Shown piece after piece: positions 23,654 to 35,426 of a DNA stretch of 63,937 nt (positions are counted from its first letter, which is position 1; each line of letters starts with the position of its first letter). The stretch comes from Pseudomonadota bacterium (GTDB taxonomy: Bacteria; Pseudomonadota; Alphaproteobacteria; Rhizobiales; Aestuariivirgaceae). The translations under genes and the position numbers were made by a program. The notes beneath the pieces were generated by a model, which worked only from the letters and a program-made list of their open reading frames with translations, was not told the origin of the DNA and did no database searches. The stretch lies in assembly GCA_041163105.1 (NCBI GenBank), contig JBEARP010000109.1, positions 1 to 63,937 on the forward strand, written 5' to 3'.

Positions 23654-23808
23654 TCTGCCTCTGGTCCCAAGCTCCACCGGCCTGCACCGGTTCCGCCGTT
23701 CCTATCACATGGAAATATCTGGTCCAAGCCCGGTTTCAGGGACGTCCTTCTGCCCCACTGGCGCCAATATTGCCTTGCTTAAGGTCTTTGGCCTATAAGG
23801 ACGGCAAC

Positions 23809-24225
23809 ATGCAATTGCAGGAAACAGATCTGGCTGAACGCCTGAGGCTGGCGGGGCTCCGCCCCACCCGGCAGCGTCTATCTTTGGCTGCCATCCTGTT
23901 TGGAGCAGGCGACCGCCACGTAAGCGCCGAAAGCCTCCACCATGAAGCGGTGGCGGCGCGTATCGATGTGTCCCTGGCGACGGTCTACAACACCCTGAAC
24001 CAGTTCAAGGCTGCGGGACTCTTGCGCGAAGTGGCTTTCGAAGGCGACCGCACCTTCTTCGACACCAACACCTCGAACCATTTCCACTACTACCTTGAGG
24101 AAACCGATTCGCTGGTCGACATTGGCACGAGCGACCTTGAGGTCTTGGGGCTGCCCGCCTTGCCGCCGGGTACCGAAATCGACCGGGTCGACATCATCAT
24201 CCGGTTGCGCAAGACGGCCGGCTGA
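23809..24225 (+). CDS. irr: Fur-family iron response regulator Irr
   Basis: GLRPTRQR, SLATVYNTLNQF, FDTNTSNHFH (HxH); divergent from fabA as in rhizobia. Confidence 0.9.
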   Translation: MQLQETDLAERLRLAGLRPTRQRLSLAAILFGAGDRHVSAESLHHEAVAARIDVSLATVYNTLNQFKAAGLLREVAFEGDRTFFDTNTSNHFHYYLEETDSLVDIGTSDLEVLGLPALPPGTEIDRVDIIIRLRKTAG

Positions 24226-24228
24226 GGG

Positions 24229-25107
24229 TCAGGCATCCGTGTTGCCGCTTTCTATCAGCCCGGCCTCCCAGCCGATAATGGCCTGCTTGCGGGTCAACCC
24301 CCAGTGGTAGCCGCAAAGCCCGCCGGACTTACCCAGCACCCGGTGGCACGGCACCACGAAAGAGATGGGGTTCTTGCCCACCGCGCTACCCACTGCGCGC
24401 GACGCCTTGGGGTTGCCAAGATGGCCTGCAATGTCGGAATAGGTCGTTGCCCGACCCATGGGAACTCTCAGTAGCGTTTCCCAAACCCTTGTCTCGAATT
24501 CCGTACCGATGAAAACGATGCGCAGCGGTTGTTCGGCCTTCCATCGTCCGGGGTTGAAAATGCGGGCAACGGGCCCAGCCGTTGCTGCTTGATCATGGAG
24601 ATATTCAGCATCAGGCCACCGGTTCCGCATGTCGAGAAAGCTTGCTTCCTCCTGTCCCTCATCTGCAAAGGCAAGTCCACAGATGCCATGATCGGAGATC
24701 AGTAGCAGAGCCTTGCCGAAAGGGCAGTCATGAAAACCATAGCGAATGACGAGGCCTTTTCCGCGGGCCTTGTATGCGCCTGGCGTCATGCCCTCATGGG
24801 TCACAAATAGGTCATGGAGACGGCCGGGACCGGAAAGACCGACCTCGTAACTAGTATCGAGCACACTGGCTGAATCACGCAGCAGTTTGCGGGCATGGTC
24901 AATGGTGAGGGCCTGTACGAAGGCCTTTGGGCTCAGGCCGGCCCAGCGCATAAACAGGCGCTGAAGATGCGCGGCGCTGAGGCCATTCCGCTCAGCCAGC
25001 AATTCGAGGGATGGCTGTTCACGCCAGCGCTCTCGTAGAAAGTCGAGGTTATGACGCACAATCTCATAATCCCGAGCTGATTCCTTCAAATCGATCGCGT
25101 TGTCCAT
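24229..25107 (-). CDS. AraC-HTH / methylated-DNA-protein-cysteine methyltransferase (Ada-like, no Zn domain)
   Basis: HLQRLF..WAGLSPK HTH, RAVGSA, active-site VPCHRV. Confidence 0.92.
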   Translation of the reverse strand: MDNAIDLKESARDYEIVRHNLDFLRERWREQPSLELLAERNGLSAAHLQRLFMRWAGLSPKAFVQALTIDHARKLLRDSASVLDTSYEVGLSGPGRLHDLFVTHEGMTPGAYKARGKGLVIRYGFHDCPFGKALLLISDHGICGLAFADEGQEEASFLDMRNRWPDAEYLHDQAATAGPVARIFNPGRWKAEQPLRIVFIGTEFETRVWETLLRVPMGRATTYSDIAGHLGNPKASRAVGSAVGKNPISFVVPCHRVLGKSGGLCGYHWGLTRKQAIIGWEAGLIESGNTDA

Positions 25108-25154
25108 GAAGAAAACCTAGCCTTTGCGCAGCGCCATTCCCACCCGAAAGCTGA

Positions 25155-25631
25155 TCAGATACGTGGAATGGCCAGGGCGGACTTGAGGGCCGTCGCCAAA
25201 GTCTTTCGTTCTTCCGGCGCCAGAAAATCGCCAATCGCAATACGTGTCCTGCCGCAAATGATCAGCAGTTGCCCGATGAGCTCCCGGTCATGGTCCTCTT
25301 CGAGTTCAACCCGCACCCAGCGACGGACAAATCGCTGCTGCTCAAGTGGGCGCTTTTCACTCATGCGGTCGAGGACCAGTTCGTGCTCGGTGATGGAGAT
25401 GCGTTCCAGCTTGCGGGCATCGGCGAAATTGACACGGAATGCCCACCAAACAAGCAGCACGTCGAGCCCCGCGAAACCGGCAATGGGCCAGGCACCAAGT
25501 ATGACGAACATTACGGCGACGACGAGGTTCACAGCACCCACCAGCCCCATGAGAATGAAGAAGCCGTTTCGGCTGAGACTGCGGTGTGGTGTCAGCGTTG
25601 CCTGCCAGACTTTGCTATTGCGATCATCCAT
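25155..25631 (-). CDS. DUF2244 membrane protein
   Basis: LTPHRSLS, GAWPIAGFAGLD, GDFLAPEER; divergent from nth. Confidence 0.85.
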   Translation of the reverse strand: MDDRNSKVWQATLTPHRSLSRNGFFILMGLVGAVNLVVAVMFVILGAWPIAGFAGLDVLLVWWAFRVNFADARKLERISITEHELVLDRMSEKRPLEQQRFVRRWVRVELEEDHDRELIGQLLIICGRTRIAIGDFLAPEERKTLATALKSALAIPRI

Positions 25632-25673
25632 CCGGCTGTTCTACCTCAAGTGAAGCAAGGGAACACCGGACAC

Positions 25674-26333
25674 ATGGCCAAAGCAAGCCGCCTCAAGCCG
25701 CCGGACGTGGAGGAGATGTTCCGCCGTTTTCAGGCCGCCAACCCTGAACCCAAGGGCGAACTTCATTTTGTGAACCCCTACACATTGCTCGTTGCCGTCG
25801 TACTTTCCGCGCAGGCGACGGACGAAGGTGTGAACAAGGCCACCAAGCCACTGTTCGCCATTGCCGATACCCCCCAGAAGATGGTGGCACTTGGCGAAGA
25901 TACGGTCCGGGACGCGATCAAGACCATCGGATTGTTTCGCGGCAAAGCCAGAAACGTGATCCTGTTGTCGCAGCAGCTCATCAACAGCCACGACGGCCAG
26001 GTTCCCGACGACCGGGATGCGCTGGAAGCCCTTCCCGGAGTGGGGCGAAAGACCGCCAATGTGGTTCTGAACATCGCCTTCGGACACCCGACGATCGCAG
26101 TCGATACGCATTTGTTCCGACTCGGAAACCGCATGGGCCTCGCACCCGGCAAGACGCCGCTGGACGTGGAACTGAAGCTTCTGAAGGTGGTGCCCAAGGC
26201 CTACGGTCGCCACGCCCATCACTGGCTGATCCTGCACGGCCGCTATGTGTGCAAGGCCCGGCGTCCGGAGTGCTGGCACTGCCTGATCGCCGACATCTGC
26301 ACGTTCAGGCCGAAGACGCCCGCACCGATTTGA
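25674..26333 (+). CDS. nth: Endonuclease III
   Basis: LSAQATD, HhH LPGVGRKTA, VDTH, C-X6-C-X2-C-X5-C 4Fe-4S motif. Confidence 0.97.
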   Translation: MAKASRLKPPDVEEMFRRFQAANPEPKGELHFVNPYTLLVAVVLSAQATDEGVNKATKPLFAIADTPQKMVALGEDTVRDAIKTIGLFRGKARNVILLSQQLINSHDGQVPDDRDALEALPGVGRKTANVVLNIAFGHPTIAVDTHLFRLGNRMGLAPGKTPLDVELKLLKVVPKAYGRHAHHWLILHGRYVCKARRPECWHCLIADICTFRPKTPAPI

Positions 26334-26976
26334 AAAGATGGGTGAAATAGGCCGTTGAGAACAGCGGCGTGGTAAGGTTCACGAAGGGGATCAACGACAT
26401 CAGGGCCGGAAGCAACGCGGCAACGAATATCGTCGGGCTGTTTTCCCGGCGGAGAATCTTCGCTTCTTCCATCGACATGTGTCGCATCGCTACCATCTCG
26501 AAATACTCGCGGCCGATGAGGTAGGCATTGGCGGCAACGAGCAGGAAGGCACCAAACCCGAAAAAGACCATCGGCAGCACCGCGAGATTCACCACCAGAA
26601 CCACGATGAAGAACTGGATCGCCATCAGAATGGCGCGCCCCGCCGGTAGGGGCGTTCCACGCGGATCCCACGGATAGTGTCGTTCCTCGACCTTTTCCGC
26701 CACCTGATCAAGAAACAGGCCCGCGAAGGCGGCCGTCACCGGGGACATCAGGAAGAAGAAGGCCACCAATAACGCCAGACCGGTTCCCACCCCCACCAGC
26801 TGGTCTGCCCAAGGCCATGAAAAATGGGTGAAACTTGCGATCAGCACCTCGGCGATAATCAGCACGGCAATGAACAGCGCAATGGTCAGGCCCAGCGCCT
26901 TGACCAGAACGGAGCGGAATTCCGGCGACAGCAGGTCGCCAAAGGCCCTGAAGGCAGATTTGAACATGTTCACCAC
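26305..26976 (-). CDS. EI24/CysZ-like membrane protein
   Basis: Multi-TM; GLFLDQVAEKVE, YLIGREYFE, IPFVNL motifs. Confidence 0.8.
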   Translation of the reverse strand: MVNMFKSAFRAFGDLLSPEFRSVLVKALGLTIALFIAVLIIAEVLIASFTHFSWPWADQLVGVGTGLALLVAFFFLMSPVTAAFAGLFLDQVAEKVEERHYPWDPRGTPLPAGRAILMAIQFFIVVLVVNLAVLPMVFFGFGAFLLVAANAYLIGREYFEMVAMRHMSMEEAKILRRENSPTIFVAALLPALMSLIPFVNLTTPLFSTAYFTHLFKSVRASSA

Positions 26977-27044
26977 GTAATCACCCCTGCTTGCCAGCGC
27001 AAGCGCCCTTCGCTAGGCCGGGGGGCTAATTCAAGGAGAATGAC

Positions 27045-28040
27045 ATGACGGCTTCCGGCTTTGACGTCCTCTGCATCGGCAACGCGATCGTCGACGTCAT
27101 CGCGCGGGTGGAAGACAATTTCGTATCCCGCCACGGACTGGTCAAGGGCTCAATGAACCTGATCGACGAGGCGCGAGCCGAGCAGCTGTACGGGGACATG
27201 GGCCAGGCGATCGAAGTGTCCGGTGGCTCGGCGGGCAACACGGCCGCGGGCGTTGCTTCCCTCGGCGGGAAGGCCGCCTATTTCGGCAAGGTGAAGGCCG
27301 ATCAGCTCGGCTCCATCTTCCGGCATGATATGCGGGCACAGGGCGTCGCGTTTGATACTGCGCCGGCTACCGACGGCCCGGCCACCGCGCGCTCCTTCAT
27401 CCTGGTGACGCCGGACAGCGAGCGCACCATGAACACCTATCTCGGCGCCTGCGTGAACTTCACTGTCGCGGACGTTGACAGGAAAGTCGTCGAGGCCGCG
27501 CAGGTCACCTACATGGAAGGTTACTTGTGGGACAGGCCAGAGGCCAAGGAAGCCTTCAAGCTGGCCGCCAAAATCGCACGGGCGGCGGGCCGGCGGACCT
27601 CGATCACCCTTTCAGATTCCTTTTGCGTTGAACGGCACCGTGACAGCTTCCTCGACCTCATTCGCAACGATATTGACATCGTCTTTGCCAACGAAACCGA
27701 AATAAAGTCGCTTTACCAGACCGAGGATTTCGGCGCGGCCACCAAAGCAGTTGCCGCAGATTGCCCCATTGCCGTCGTGACGCGTTCCGAGAAGGGCTGC
27801 GTGGTCGTGAAGGGAGGCGATATTCTTGAGAGCCCAGCCCATCCCGTGAACAAGGTAGTTGATGTCACCGGCGCGGGTGATCTTTTTGCGTCGGGCTTCC
27901 TGTACGGCTTCACCAATGGCAGGACGCTTTACGATTCAGCCCGGCTGGGATCAATGGCCGCGGCAGAAGTGATTTCACATATCGGTGCGAGACCCGAGGT
28001 GAAGCTGCGCACCCATGCGGAGACGCTTGGACTCCTATAG
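27045..28040 (+). CDS. Adenosine kinase (PfkB family)
   Basis: [34 protein letters not shown]. Confidence 0.9.
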   Translation: MTASGFDVLCIGNAIVDVIARVEDNFVSRHGLVKGSMNLIDEARAEQLYGDMGQAIEVSGGSAGNTAAGVASLGGKAAYFGKVKADQLGSIFRHDMRAQGVAFDTAPATDGPATARSFILVTPDSERTMNTYLGACVNFTVADVDRKVVEAAQVTYMEGYLWDRPEAKEAFKLAAKIARAAGRRTSITLSDSFCVERHRDSFLDLIRNDIDIVFANETEIKSLYQTEDFGAATKAVAADCPIAVVTRSEKGCVVVKGGDILESPAHPVNKVVDVTGAGDLFASGFLYGFTNGRTLYDSARLGSMAAAEVISHIGARPEVKLRTHAETLGLL

Positions 28041-28985
28041 CTTCCTGAGGAAGACACTGCGGATGAAATGATCCGCGCCCTTGCGCAGCACCAGGTCGGC
28101 GCGCGGGCGGGTCGGCAGGATGTTCTCGCGTAGGTTCACCAGGTTTATCGTGTCCCAGATGCGGGTTGCCGTTTGCTGCGCCTCCTTGTCGGAAAGCGTC
28201 GCATAGCGATGAAAGTAGGACTTCGGATTGCGGAAGGCGCTGTCGCGCAGCGTCAGGAAGCGCTCGATATACCAGGTCTTCAGATCTGCGGTGTCGGCGT
28301 CGATATAGACCGAGAAATCGAAAAAGTCCGAACTGTTGGGAATGCCGCGCCCATCACGCGGCGGGCGTCCAGTTTGAAGCACGTTGACACCCTCGACGAT
28401 CAGGATGTCGGGCTGATCGATGACGGCGCGTTCATCCTTCAACACATCATAGGTGAGGTGGGAATAGAGCGGGGCCGTCACATTGCGCTTGCCAGCCTTG
28501 ATGTCCGACAGGAAGCGCAGGATCGCTGGCAGATCATAGCTCTCGGGGAACCCCTTGCGGGTCATCAAACCCTCCCGCTCGAGGATCGCATTGGGCAACA
28601 AGAAACCGTCAGTCGTCACAAGATCGACCTTCGGATGCTTGGGCCAGCGCGCGAGGAGGCGTTGCAGGATGCGAGCCGTGGTGCTCTTGCCCACCGCAAC
28701 GCTTCCGGCCATGCCGATCACATAGGGCACCTTGCGCTCGGTGAGATGGAGGAAGTTGTTGGTGGCGCGGAACAGGCCCTGGGTCGCGGCCACATAGAGA
28801 TTGAGCAGTCGTGACAGCGGCAAGTAGATGGTCTCGACCTCGTTGAGGTCGATCCTGTCATTGAGGCCGCGCAGCTCGTCCAGGTCTTTCTGGGTCAGCG
28901 TCATCGGCGTATCGGCGCGCAGGGCTGACCACTCCTCGCGGGCGAAGCGGCGGAAAGGCGAGACTTCCTTGACGAGTTCTTCCAT
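28035..28985 (-). CDS. coaA: Type I pantothenate kinase
   Basis: [32 protein letters not shown]. Confidence 0.97.
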   Translation of the reverse strand: MEELVKEVSPFRRFAREEWSALRADTPMTLTQKDLDELRGLNDRIDLNEVETIYLPLSRLLNLYVAATQGLFRATNNFLHLTERKVPYVIGMAGSVAVGKSTTARILQRLLARWPKHPKVDLVTTDGFLLPNAILEREGLMTRKGFPESYDLPAILRFLSDIKAGKRNVTAPLYSHLTYDVLKDERAVIDQPDILIVEGVNVLQTGRPPRDGRGIPNSSDFFDFSVYIDADTADLKTWYIERFLTLRDSAFRNPKSYFHRYATLSDKEAQQTATRIWDTINLVNLRENILPTRPRADLVLRKGADHFIRSVFLRKL

Positions 28986-28988
28986 GGG

Positions 28989-29321
28989 TCAATCCTTGGG
29001 CCGGGACGCCTTCTCGGCGATGCCGCTCACACCCTGGCGACAGGCGAGTTCGGCCATGACATCCGAGAGCTTCACGCCAGAGGCCGCGAGCAGCACGAAA
29101 AGGTGATAGAGAACGTCGGCGGCTTCCGCCTTGGTTTGCTCGGTGTTGCGAAGTACGGAAGCGAGTGCGAGCTCGACCGCTTCCTCGCCGAATTTCTTGG
29201 CGCATTTCTCCACGCCCTGCGAGAGGAGCTTCGCCGTGTAGGAGGTCTCGGGAGATGCAGTGCTCCGCATTGCGATCTCATCCGCAAGCATCGCCAGAAC
29301 ATCAAGCCGGTGATCAGTCAT
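28989..29321 (-). CDS. hisE: Phosphoribosyl-ATP diphosphatase
   Basis: SYTAKL, KKFGEEAVE, EAADVLYH; ATG after GAGG. Confidence 0.95.
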   Translation of the reverse strand: MTDHRLDVLAMLADEIAMRSTASPETSYTAKLLSQGVEKCAKKFGEEAVELALASVLRNTEQTKAEAADVLYHLFVLLAASGVKLSDVMAELACRQGVSGIAEKASRPKD

Positions 29322-29331
29322 ATGCCTCGTC

Positions 29332-30093
29332 CTAGCTGAGCCGCATGGGAATGCCAGCAGCCGAGAGATGCCGCTTGGCCTCGCCAATGGAATGGGTGCC
29401 GAAGTGAAAGATCGACGCGGCAAGCACCGCCGTGGCATGGCCATCGCGTATGCCGCCCACGAGATGATCAAGCGTGCCGACCCCGCCCGAGGCAATGACG
29501 GGCACGGACACGGCATCGGCGACAGTCCGCGTAAGCTCGATGTCAAAGCCGTTGCCGGTTCCATCGCGGTCCATTGAGGTAAGCAGGATCTCGCCGGCGC
29601 CCAGCGCAGTGACCTCGCAGGCGAATTCAACCGCGTCGATGCCCGTCGGCTTGCGGCCGCCATGGGTGAATATTTCCCACTTGCCTGGCGACACCGACTT
29701 GGCGTCGATGGCAACCACGACACATTGCGCACCGAATTTCTCGGCGGCCTGCCTTACAAAGTCACGATTGGCGACAGCCGCGGAATTGATCGAGACCTTG
29801 TCGGCACCGGCCAGCAGCAGCCGGCGAATGTCATCCAGTGTGCGCACACCACCACCGACGGTGAGCGGCATGAAGCAGGCTTCGGCGGTACGCTGAACCA
29901 CGTCGAAGATGATGCCGCGGTTCTCATGCGTAGCGGTGATGTCAAGGAAGCAGAGTTCGTCGGCACCCGCCGCGTCATAGGCCTGAGCGATCTGCACCGG
30001 ATCTCCGGCATCGCGGAGATCGACGAAGTTCACGCCCTTGACGACCCGGCCGTCCTTTACGTCGAGGCAGGGGATGAGCCGCGCCTTGAGCAT
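29332..30093 (-). CDS. hisF: Imidazole glycerol phosphate synthase cyclase subunit
   Basis: [31 protein letters not shown]. Confidence 0.98.
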   Translation of the reverse strand: MLKARLIPCLDVKDGRVVKGVNFVDLRDAGDPVQIAQAYDAAGADELCFLDITATHENRGIIFDVVQRTAEACFMPLTVGGGVRTLDDIRRLLLAGADKVSINSAAVANRDFVRQAAEKFGAQCVVVAIDAKSVSPGKWEIFTHGGRKPTGIDAVEFACEVTALGAGEILLTSMDRDGTGNGFDIELTRTVADAVSVPVIASGGVGTLDHLVGGIRDGHATAVLAASIFHFGTHSIGEAKRHLSAAGIPMRLS

Positions 30094-30824
30094 CAGCGAG
30101 CTCCCCGAAGGAGGCGAAGTGCCTCCGGCACGTCGATGCGCCCATCATAGAGCGCCCGTCCGGAGATCGCGCCCTCCAGGATACTGCAGTCCGGATGCAG
30201 CATCCGGTGGATGTCATTCATCGAAGCAAGACCGCCACTGGCGATGACCGGAATCGGGACGGCCTGTGCGAGCTCAAGTGTTGACTCGATATTGAGCCCC
30301 TTCAGAATCCCGTCCCTGTCAACATCAGTAAAAATGATGGCGGAGACGCCAGCATCAGAGAAGCGCCTCGCCAGGTCCGTTGCCGCAAGGTCTGACGTTT
30401 CCGCCCAACCCTCGACGGCCACCCGTCCGCCCCTGGCGTCAATTCCAACCGCGATCCGGCCCGGAAACATTCGGCAGGCTTCGCGCACCAATGCCGGGTC
30501 GCGCAAGGCAACGGTACCGAGAATGACCCGGCGGATGCCCTGATTGAGCCATGACTCGATCTGGCCGAGATTGCGGATGCCGCCGCCAAGCTGGACCGGG
30601 ATCTTCACAGCCCCAAGGATCGCCTCCACCGCTGTCTTGTTCACAGGCCTGCCGGCAAAGGCGCCATTGAGGTCCACCAAGTGCAGCCATTCGAAGCCTT
30701 GCGCTTCAAAGCTCAGCGCCTGCGCGGCGGGGTCATCGTTGAATACGGTGGCCTGGTCCATGTCGCCCAGCTTCAGGCGCACGCACTGGCCGTCCTTCAA
30801 GTCGATGGCGGGAAACAGGATCAT
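30093..30824 (-). CDS. hisA: ProFAR isomerase
   Basis: [28 protein letters not shown]; ATGA overlap with hisH. Confidence 0.97.
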   Translation of the reverse strand: MILFPAIDLKDGQCVRLKLGDMDQATVFNDDPAAQALSFEAQGFEWLHLVDLNGAFAGRPVNKTAVEAILGAVKIPVQLGGGIRNLGQIESWLNQGIRRVILGTVALRDPALVREACRMFPGRIAVGIDARGGRVAVEGWAETSDLAATDLARRFSDAGVSAIIFTDVDRDGILKGLNIESTLELAQAVPIPVIASGGLASMNDIHRMLHPDCSILEGAISGRALYDGRIDVPEALRLLRGAR

Positions 30825-31471
30825 GGCCGCCACCTCAGGAAATTGGCGAGAAGGTTGAGCCCCAGCGCCTGGCTCTTTTCCGGATGAAACTGGGTGCCTG
30901 CGAGATTATCGCGCCCGACCATCGCCGTCACCGTCTGACCGTGTTCTGTGGTGGCAATCACGTCTGATTGCCGTTCGGCGTCAAGATGATACGAATGGAC
31001 GAAATAGGCATGGAGACCTGCATCGCCGAGCACCAGGCCCTGGAGCAATGGATGCGTGCGCCGGAGGTCCAGTGTGTTCCAGCCCATGTGAGGAACCTTC
31101 AGCGAGGGATCGCGCGGGGCGATCGGCTTCACGTCACCGGGGATCCAGCCAAAGCCTTCGGTGACATCATGCTCCAACCCGCGTGACGCCATGAGCTGCA
31201 TGCCAACGCAGATGCCGAGGAATGGCTTTCCCTTGTTGAGGACCTCTTCTTCGAGCGTTTGCCACAGCCCCGGCACAGACATGAGCCCGTTGCGGCAATC
31301 CTTGAATGCGCCGACACCCGGAAGCACGAGGCGTTCCGCCCTGCGCAGCACGGCGGGATCTGCCGTGACCTCGACGGCAACGGCAAGGCCATTGTCACGC
31401 GCAGCGCGCTCGAAGGCTTTGGCAGCCGAATGGAGATTGCCCGATCCATAATCGATAATCGCGACGCTCAC
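30821..31471 (-). CDS. hisH: IGP synthase glutamine amidotransferase subunit
   Basis: IDYGSGN, GICVGMQ, PHMGWN, YFVHSY, QFHPEKS. Confidence 0.98.
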   Translation of the reverse strand: MSVAIIDYGSGNLHSAAKAFERAARDNGLAVAVEVTADPAVLRRAERLVLPGVGAFKDCRNGLMSVPGLWQTLEEEVLNKGKPFLGICVGMQLMASRGLEHDVTEGFGWIPGDVKPIAPRDPSLKVPHMGWNTLDLRRTHPLLQGLVLGDAGLHAYFVHSYHLDAERQSDVIATTEHGQTVTAMVGRDNLAGTQFHPEKSQALGLNLLANFLRWRP

Positions 31472-31480
31472 GGAACGGCC

Positions 31481-31909
31481 TCAAACATTGCCGAAAATGC
31501 CAAGCGTGTCGTCAGGCGTTGCACGAACTTGCAAGGGACGCGAAACAGGCCGGCGACCCGAGAAATAGACACGTTCTGCCGCCTCACCATTGCTCGCCTG
31601 GATCAGCGTAGCACGACGGAAACCAACACGCTCGAGCGACTTCGCCTGAAGGCTGCGCGCCTCGAACGCGAAAATCAGCCCGATGCCAAATTGTAGCAGG
31701 GCTGCAAAACCTGGCCCAAGCAATTCGAGATTGGTGGCAATGCTCAAGATCGCTGAGACAGCAAACAACAGCAAGGACACCACCCACATGCGGTGCCACA
31801 GCGCCCACAACAGGCCAAACACCAACGCACCCCAGGAAAATCCCTCGGGTACGAAGGCCACGCGCTCCGACTTGCCGTCCGGCGGCTCGAGAACAGTGTA
31901 GATTTTCAT
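31481..31909 (-). CDS. DUF2628 membrane protein
   Basis: [22 protein letters not shown]; sits between hisB and hisH. Confidence 0.8.
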   Translation of the reverse strand: MKIYTVLEPPDGKSERVAFVPEGFSWGALVFGLLWALWHRMWVVSLLLFAVSAILSIATNLELLGPGFAALLQFGIGLIFAFEARSLQAKSLERVGFRRATLIQASNGEAAERVYFSGRRPVSRPLQVRATPDDTLGIFGNV

Positions 31910-32502
31910 CAACCTGCCAGGGTTCCCTTGGTGGAGGGAATCCTGTCCTTCTGCCGTGCATCGATTTCGATGGCCTCGCGCAACGCCCGCGCCAGGGCCT
32001 TGAAGCAGGATTCCGCGACATGGTGGTTGTTGTCGGAATAGAGCGTTTCGACGTGCAACGTGATGCCGGCATTCATCGTGAAGGCCTGAAACCATTCACG
32101 TACCAGCTCGGTGTCGAAGTCACCGATCTTCGGAGCACTGAAGTCCACCTTCCAGACGAGGAAGGGCCGACCAGATACATCGATCGCGGCGCGGGTGAGG
32201 GTGCCGTCCATCGGCAGGTGCAGGCTGGCGTAGCGACGGATACCCTTGCGGTCCCCCAGCGCCTTGGCCACGGCCTGGCCGATGGCAATGCCGGAATCCT
32301 CGGCCGTGTGGTGAAAGTCGATGTGAAGGTCACCCTCCGCCTTCAACGTCAAATCGATCAGCGAATGGCGGGAGAGCTGTTCCAGCATATGGTCGAGGAA
32401 ACCGACACCCGTTCTGACATCGTAGGACCCTGTGCCGTCGAGGTCCACGGAGGCGGAAATGCGGGTTTCGGTGGTCTTTCGGTCGATCGTGGCCTTGCGC
32501 AT
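31909..32502 (-). CDS. hisB: Imidazoleglycerol-phosphate dehydratase
   Basis: [26 protein letters not shown]. Confidence 0.98.
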   Translation of the reverse strand: MRKATIDRKTTETRISASVDLDGTGSYDVRTGVGFLDHMLEQLSRHSLIDLTLKAEGDLHIDFHHTAEDSGIAIGQAVAKALGDRKGIRRYASLHLPMDGTLTRAAIDVSGRPFLVWKVDFSAPKIGDFDTELVREWFQAFTMNAGITLHVETLYSDNNHHVAESCFKALARALREAIEIDARQKDRIPSTKGTLAG

Positions 32503-32571
32503 CGCGGGGTACGTCCAGCTGACAGAGTGCCGGGCGTCTTAGCAGATGCAGCAGGAATTGGCCAAGGCCGC

Positions 32572-32600
32572 CTTTTCTTTGGGGCCCGGGCGGCCTACAT
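32572..32600 (+). promoter_or_regulatory. Putative RpoH (sigma32)-type promoter of hslVU
   Basis: CTTTTC-N16-CCTACAT resembling alphaproteobacterial CTTGAA-N16-CCTATAT. Confidence 0.45.
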
Positions 32601-32631
32601 GAGGCGGCAGGCGTTCAGAAGGACATTACCC

Positions 32632-33180
32632 ATGGCTGAGACCATCACCTGGCACGGAACTACCATCCTCTCAGTCCGAAAGGGGGGAAAGGTGGTGATC
32701 GCAGGCGACGGCCAGGTGAGCCTCGGGCAGACGGTGATCAAGGGCAATGCGCGCAAAGTGCGGCCGCTCGGCACCGGCCAGGTGATCGGCGGCTTTGCCG
32801 GCGCGACCGCAGACGCCATGACGCTTTTCGAGCGGCTCGAGTCGAAGCTGGAACAATATCCCAGCCAACTCACCCGTGCCTGCGTGGAAATGGCCAAGGA
32901 CTGGCGCACCGACCGTTACCTCCGCCGCCTCGAAGCCATGATGATCGTCGCTGACAAGTCGGTGACCTTGGTTCTCACCGGCACCGGCGACGTGCTGGAG
33001 CCCGAAAAAGGCATCATCGCCATCGGCTCCGGAGGCAACTACGCGTTGGCCGCCGCGCGGGCCCTGGCTGACGGTGATCTTGACGCCGAGAGCATTGCCC
33101 GAAAGGCGATGGCAATTGCCGCCGAGATTTGCGTCTACACCAACAATAACCTGACGATTGAAACCCTGGCAACGGCCTGA
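32632..33180 (+). CDS. hslV: ATP-dependent protease subunit HslV
   Basis: HG|[33 protein letters not shown]. Confidence 0.98.
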   Translation: MAETITWHGTTILSVRKGGKVVIAGDGQVSLGQTVIKGNARKVRPLGTGQVIGGFAGATADAMTLFERLESKLEQYPSQLTRACVEMAKDWRTDRYLRRLEAMMIVADKSVTLVLTGTGDVLEPEKGIIAIGSGGNYALAAARALADGDLDAESIARKAMAIAAEICVYTNNNLTIETLATA

Positions 33181-33194
33181 GTGGAAGCGAAGAC

Positions 33195-34496
33195 ATGACC
33201 GACTTTTCCCCGCGTGAGATCGTTTCTGAACTCGATCGCCATATCATCGGACAGACCGAGGCCAAGCGCGCGGTTGCCATCGCCCTGCGAAACCGCTGGC
33301 GACGAAAGCAGCTGGAGGGCACGCTCAGGGACGAGGTGATGCCGAAGAACATTCTGATGATCGGACCTACGGGCGTCGGCAAGACAGAGATTGCCCGCAG
33401 GCTTGCCAGGCTCGCCAATGCGCCGTTCCTGAAAGTGGAGGCCACCAAGTTCACCGAAGTCGGTTATGTCGGCCGCGATGTCGATCAGATCGTGCGAGAC
33501 CTTCTCGAGTCGGGAATCGCCATGACAAAGGTAGCGCGGCGCAAGGATGTCGAGGCACAGGCACAAGTCAATGCCGAGCGGCGGGTGATCGAGGCGCTGG
33601 TGGGTGCAAATGCCTCTGAAACGACCCGCGAGGCCTTCCGGCGCAAGCTGCGATCAGGTGAACTCGACGACAAGGAGATCGAGATCCAGATTGCAGACAC
33701 GGGCGCTGCCAACTTCGAGATTCCTGGAATGCCGGGGGGCTCTGCAAGCGTGGTCAATCTTTCGGACATGCTGGGCAAGGCTTTCGGCGGCCGCACCAAG
33801 ACGCGACACATGACAGTGAAGGCCAGCCACGACGTGTTGCTAGCCGAGGAATCCGACAAGTTGCTCGACCAGGACCAGATCGTTCAGGATGCCATCGAGG
33901 CGGTCGAACAGAATGGCATCGTCTTTCTCGATGAGATCGACAAGATCTGCGCCCGTTCGGAGCGTCAGGGTGCCGATGTCAGTCGCGAGGGCGTTCAGCG
34001 TGACCTGCTGCCGCTGATCGAGGGCACGACGGTGTCGACCAAGCATGGACCGGTGAAGACAGACCACATCCTGTTCATTGCATCTGGCGCATTCCACATT
34101 GCAAAGCCATCGGACCTGCTGCCCGAACTCCAGGGACGTCTGCCGATCCGCGTCGAACTCAAGGCGCTTGACCGGCATGACCTCGAACGCATTCTGACGG
34201 AACCGGAGGCAAGCCTCATAAGGCAGTATTGCGCATTGCTCCTGACTGAGGGCGTCACCCTCGATTTCACTTCCGACGGCATTGCTGCGATCGCACAGAT
34301 CGCGGCCGACACCAATGCCAGTGTCGAGAACATCGGCGCCAGACGACTGCAGACGGTAATGGAGCGCTTGCTCGATGACGTGAGCTACGCTGCGCCAGAC
34401 CGTTCAGGTGAGAAAGTGGTAATCGACAGCGCTTATGTCGAGGCCCAGGTTGGTGTGCTGGCCAAGAACGCCGATCTCTCGAAATTTATCCTCTAG
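33195..34496 (+). CDS. hslU: ATP-dependent protease ATPase subunit HslU
   Basis: [27 protein letters not shown]. Confidence 0.98.
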   Translation: MTDFSPREIVSELDRHIIGQTEAKRAVAIALRNRWRRKQLEGTLRDEVMPKNILMIGPTGVGKTEIARRLARLANAPFLKVEATKFTEVGYVGRDVDQIVRDLLESGIAMTKVARRKDVEAQAQVNAERRVIEALVGANASETTREAFRRKLRSGELDDKEIEIQIADTGAANFEIPGMPGGSASVVNLSDMLGKAFGGRTKTRHMTVKASHDVLLAEESDKLLDQDQIVQDAIEAVEQNGIVFLDEIDKICARSERQGADVSREGVQRDLLPLIEGTTVSTKHGPVKTDHILFIASGAFHIAKPSDLLPELQGRLPIRVELKALDRHDLERILTEPEASLIRQYCALLLTEGVTLDFTSDGIAAIAQIAADTNASVENIGARRLQTVMERLLDDVSYAAPDRSGEKVVIDSAYVEAQVGVLAKNADLSKFIL

Positions 34497-34857
34497 CCCT
34501 CTGCCGCTTGCGGCCGAGTGTCGACAGAAGCTCATCGAGGGTGGTCGCGTCGAGCTTGCCAATCTCGTCAGCGAGGCGGTTGGCAAGTTCTGTGGCCTTG
34601 GGGTCAAGACCGGACGTGTCGATCGTGATACGAGGGTGAGAGATGCGGGCGAGGCGCACCACCTCGTCGGCTTCATCCCAGATGATGTTGAAGTAGGCAA
34701 GGATGCGCTGAATCAGGTGCCAGCCAGGGCGGCCACGCTTGCCATGCTCAAGCGCAGAGAGATAGGCAGATGAAACGCCGAGCGCCTCCGCCATCTCCTT
34801 CAGCGTGATGCCACGCTCAGAGCGCAGCTTTCGCATCCTGTCACCGAACGGCGTCAC
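34486..34857 (-). CDS. XRE-family HTH transcriptional regulator
   Basis: [28 protein letters not shown]. Confidence 0.88.
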   Translation of the reverse strand: MTPFGDRMRKLRSERGITLKEMAEALGVSSAYLSALEHGKRGRPGWHLIQRILAYFNIIWDEADEVVRLARISHPRITIDTSGLDPKATELANRLADEIGKLDATTLDELLSTLGRKRQRARG

Positions 34858-35426
34858 CGCTCCTCCCGAATGCGGCGAATGCGGACGTAATAGGCACCGC
34901 CTCCACCATGTTTCGGATGAGCTGGCTGGAAGCCGGCAACCAGGCTTCGGAACTCAGCCTCATGGAACCACTCCGTCACCAGCTTGCGCAGTCGTCCGGC
35001 ACGTTCAGGCGCATGGAAATGCCCGGCACCATGCAGCGTGTGCCGCGAGAAAGGCGAGGCACCCTTGCCGGTGATGACCAGTACGTTGCGCGCACCCATC
35101 GCTTGTGCGTCGCGCAGGAAGCCCAGCAGATTAATGCGAGCCATTTCGATGCCCGTGCCGTGAAGGTCGAAGCGGCGCTCGATTTCGATCTGACCGCGCG
35201 TCAGGCGTTGCGTTGTACGCCGGTCAAGGCCGGTGATCTGCGGCGGCGGCTTGTGCAAGGGCGAGGGCACATGCACGTGCGGTGCCGATGGAAGGCTGCT
35301 GGACCTTCTGGCAACCAGTGACATGCCGGGGAGCTTCGGTGCCGTTCCGCGTGGGCGTGAGCGCAGCGGCTTCACTGTCTTGGTGGTTTCCAGCCAGAGC
35401 TCATAGTCGGGAGGCTTGCGGGTCAT
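34854..35426 (-). CDS. Smr/MutS2 domain protein
   Basis: DLHG, VITGKG, HGGGGAYYV. Confidence 0.92.
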   Translation of the reverse strand: MTRKPPDYELWLETTKTVKPLRSRPRGTAPKLPGMSLVARRSSSLPSAPHVHVPSPLHKPPPQITGLDRRTTQRLTRGQIEIERRFDLHGTGIEMARINLLGFLRDAQAMGARNVLVITGKGASPFSRHTLHGAGHFHAPERAGRLRKLVTEWFHEAEFRSLVAGFQPAHPKHGGGGAYYVRIRRIREER

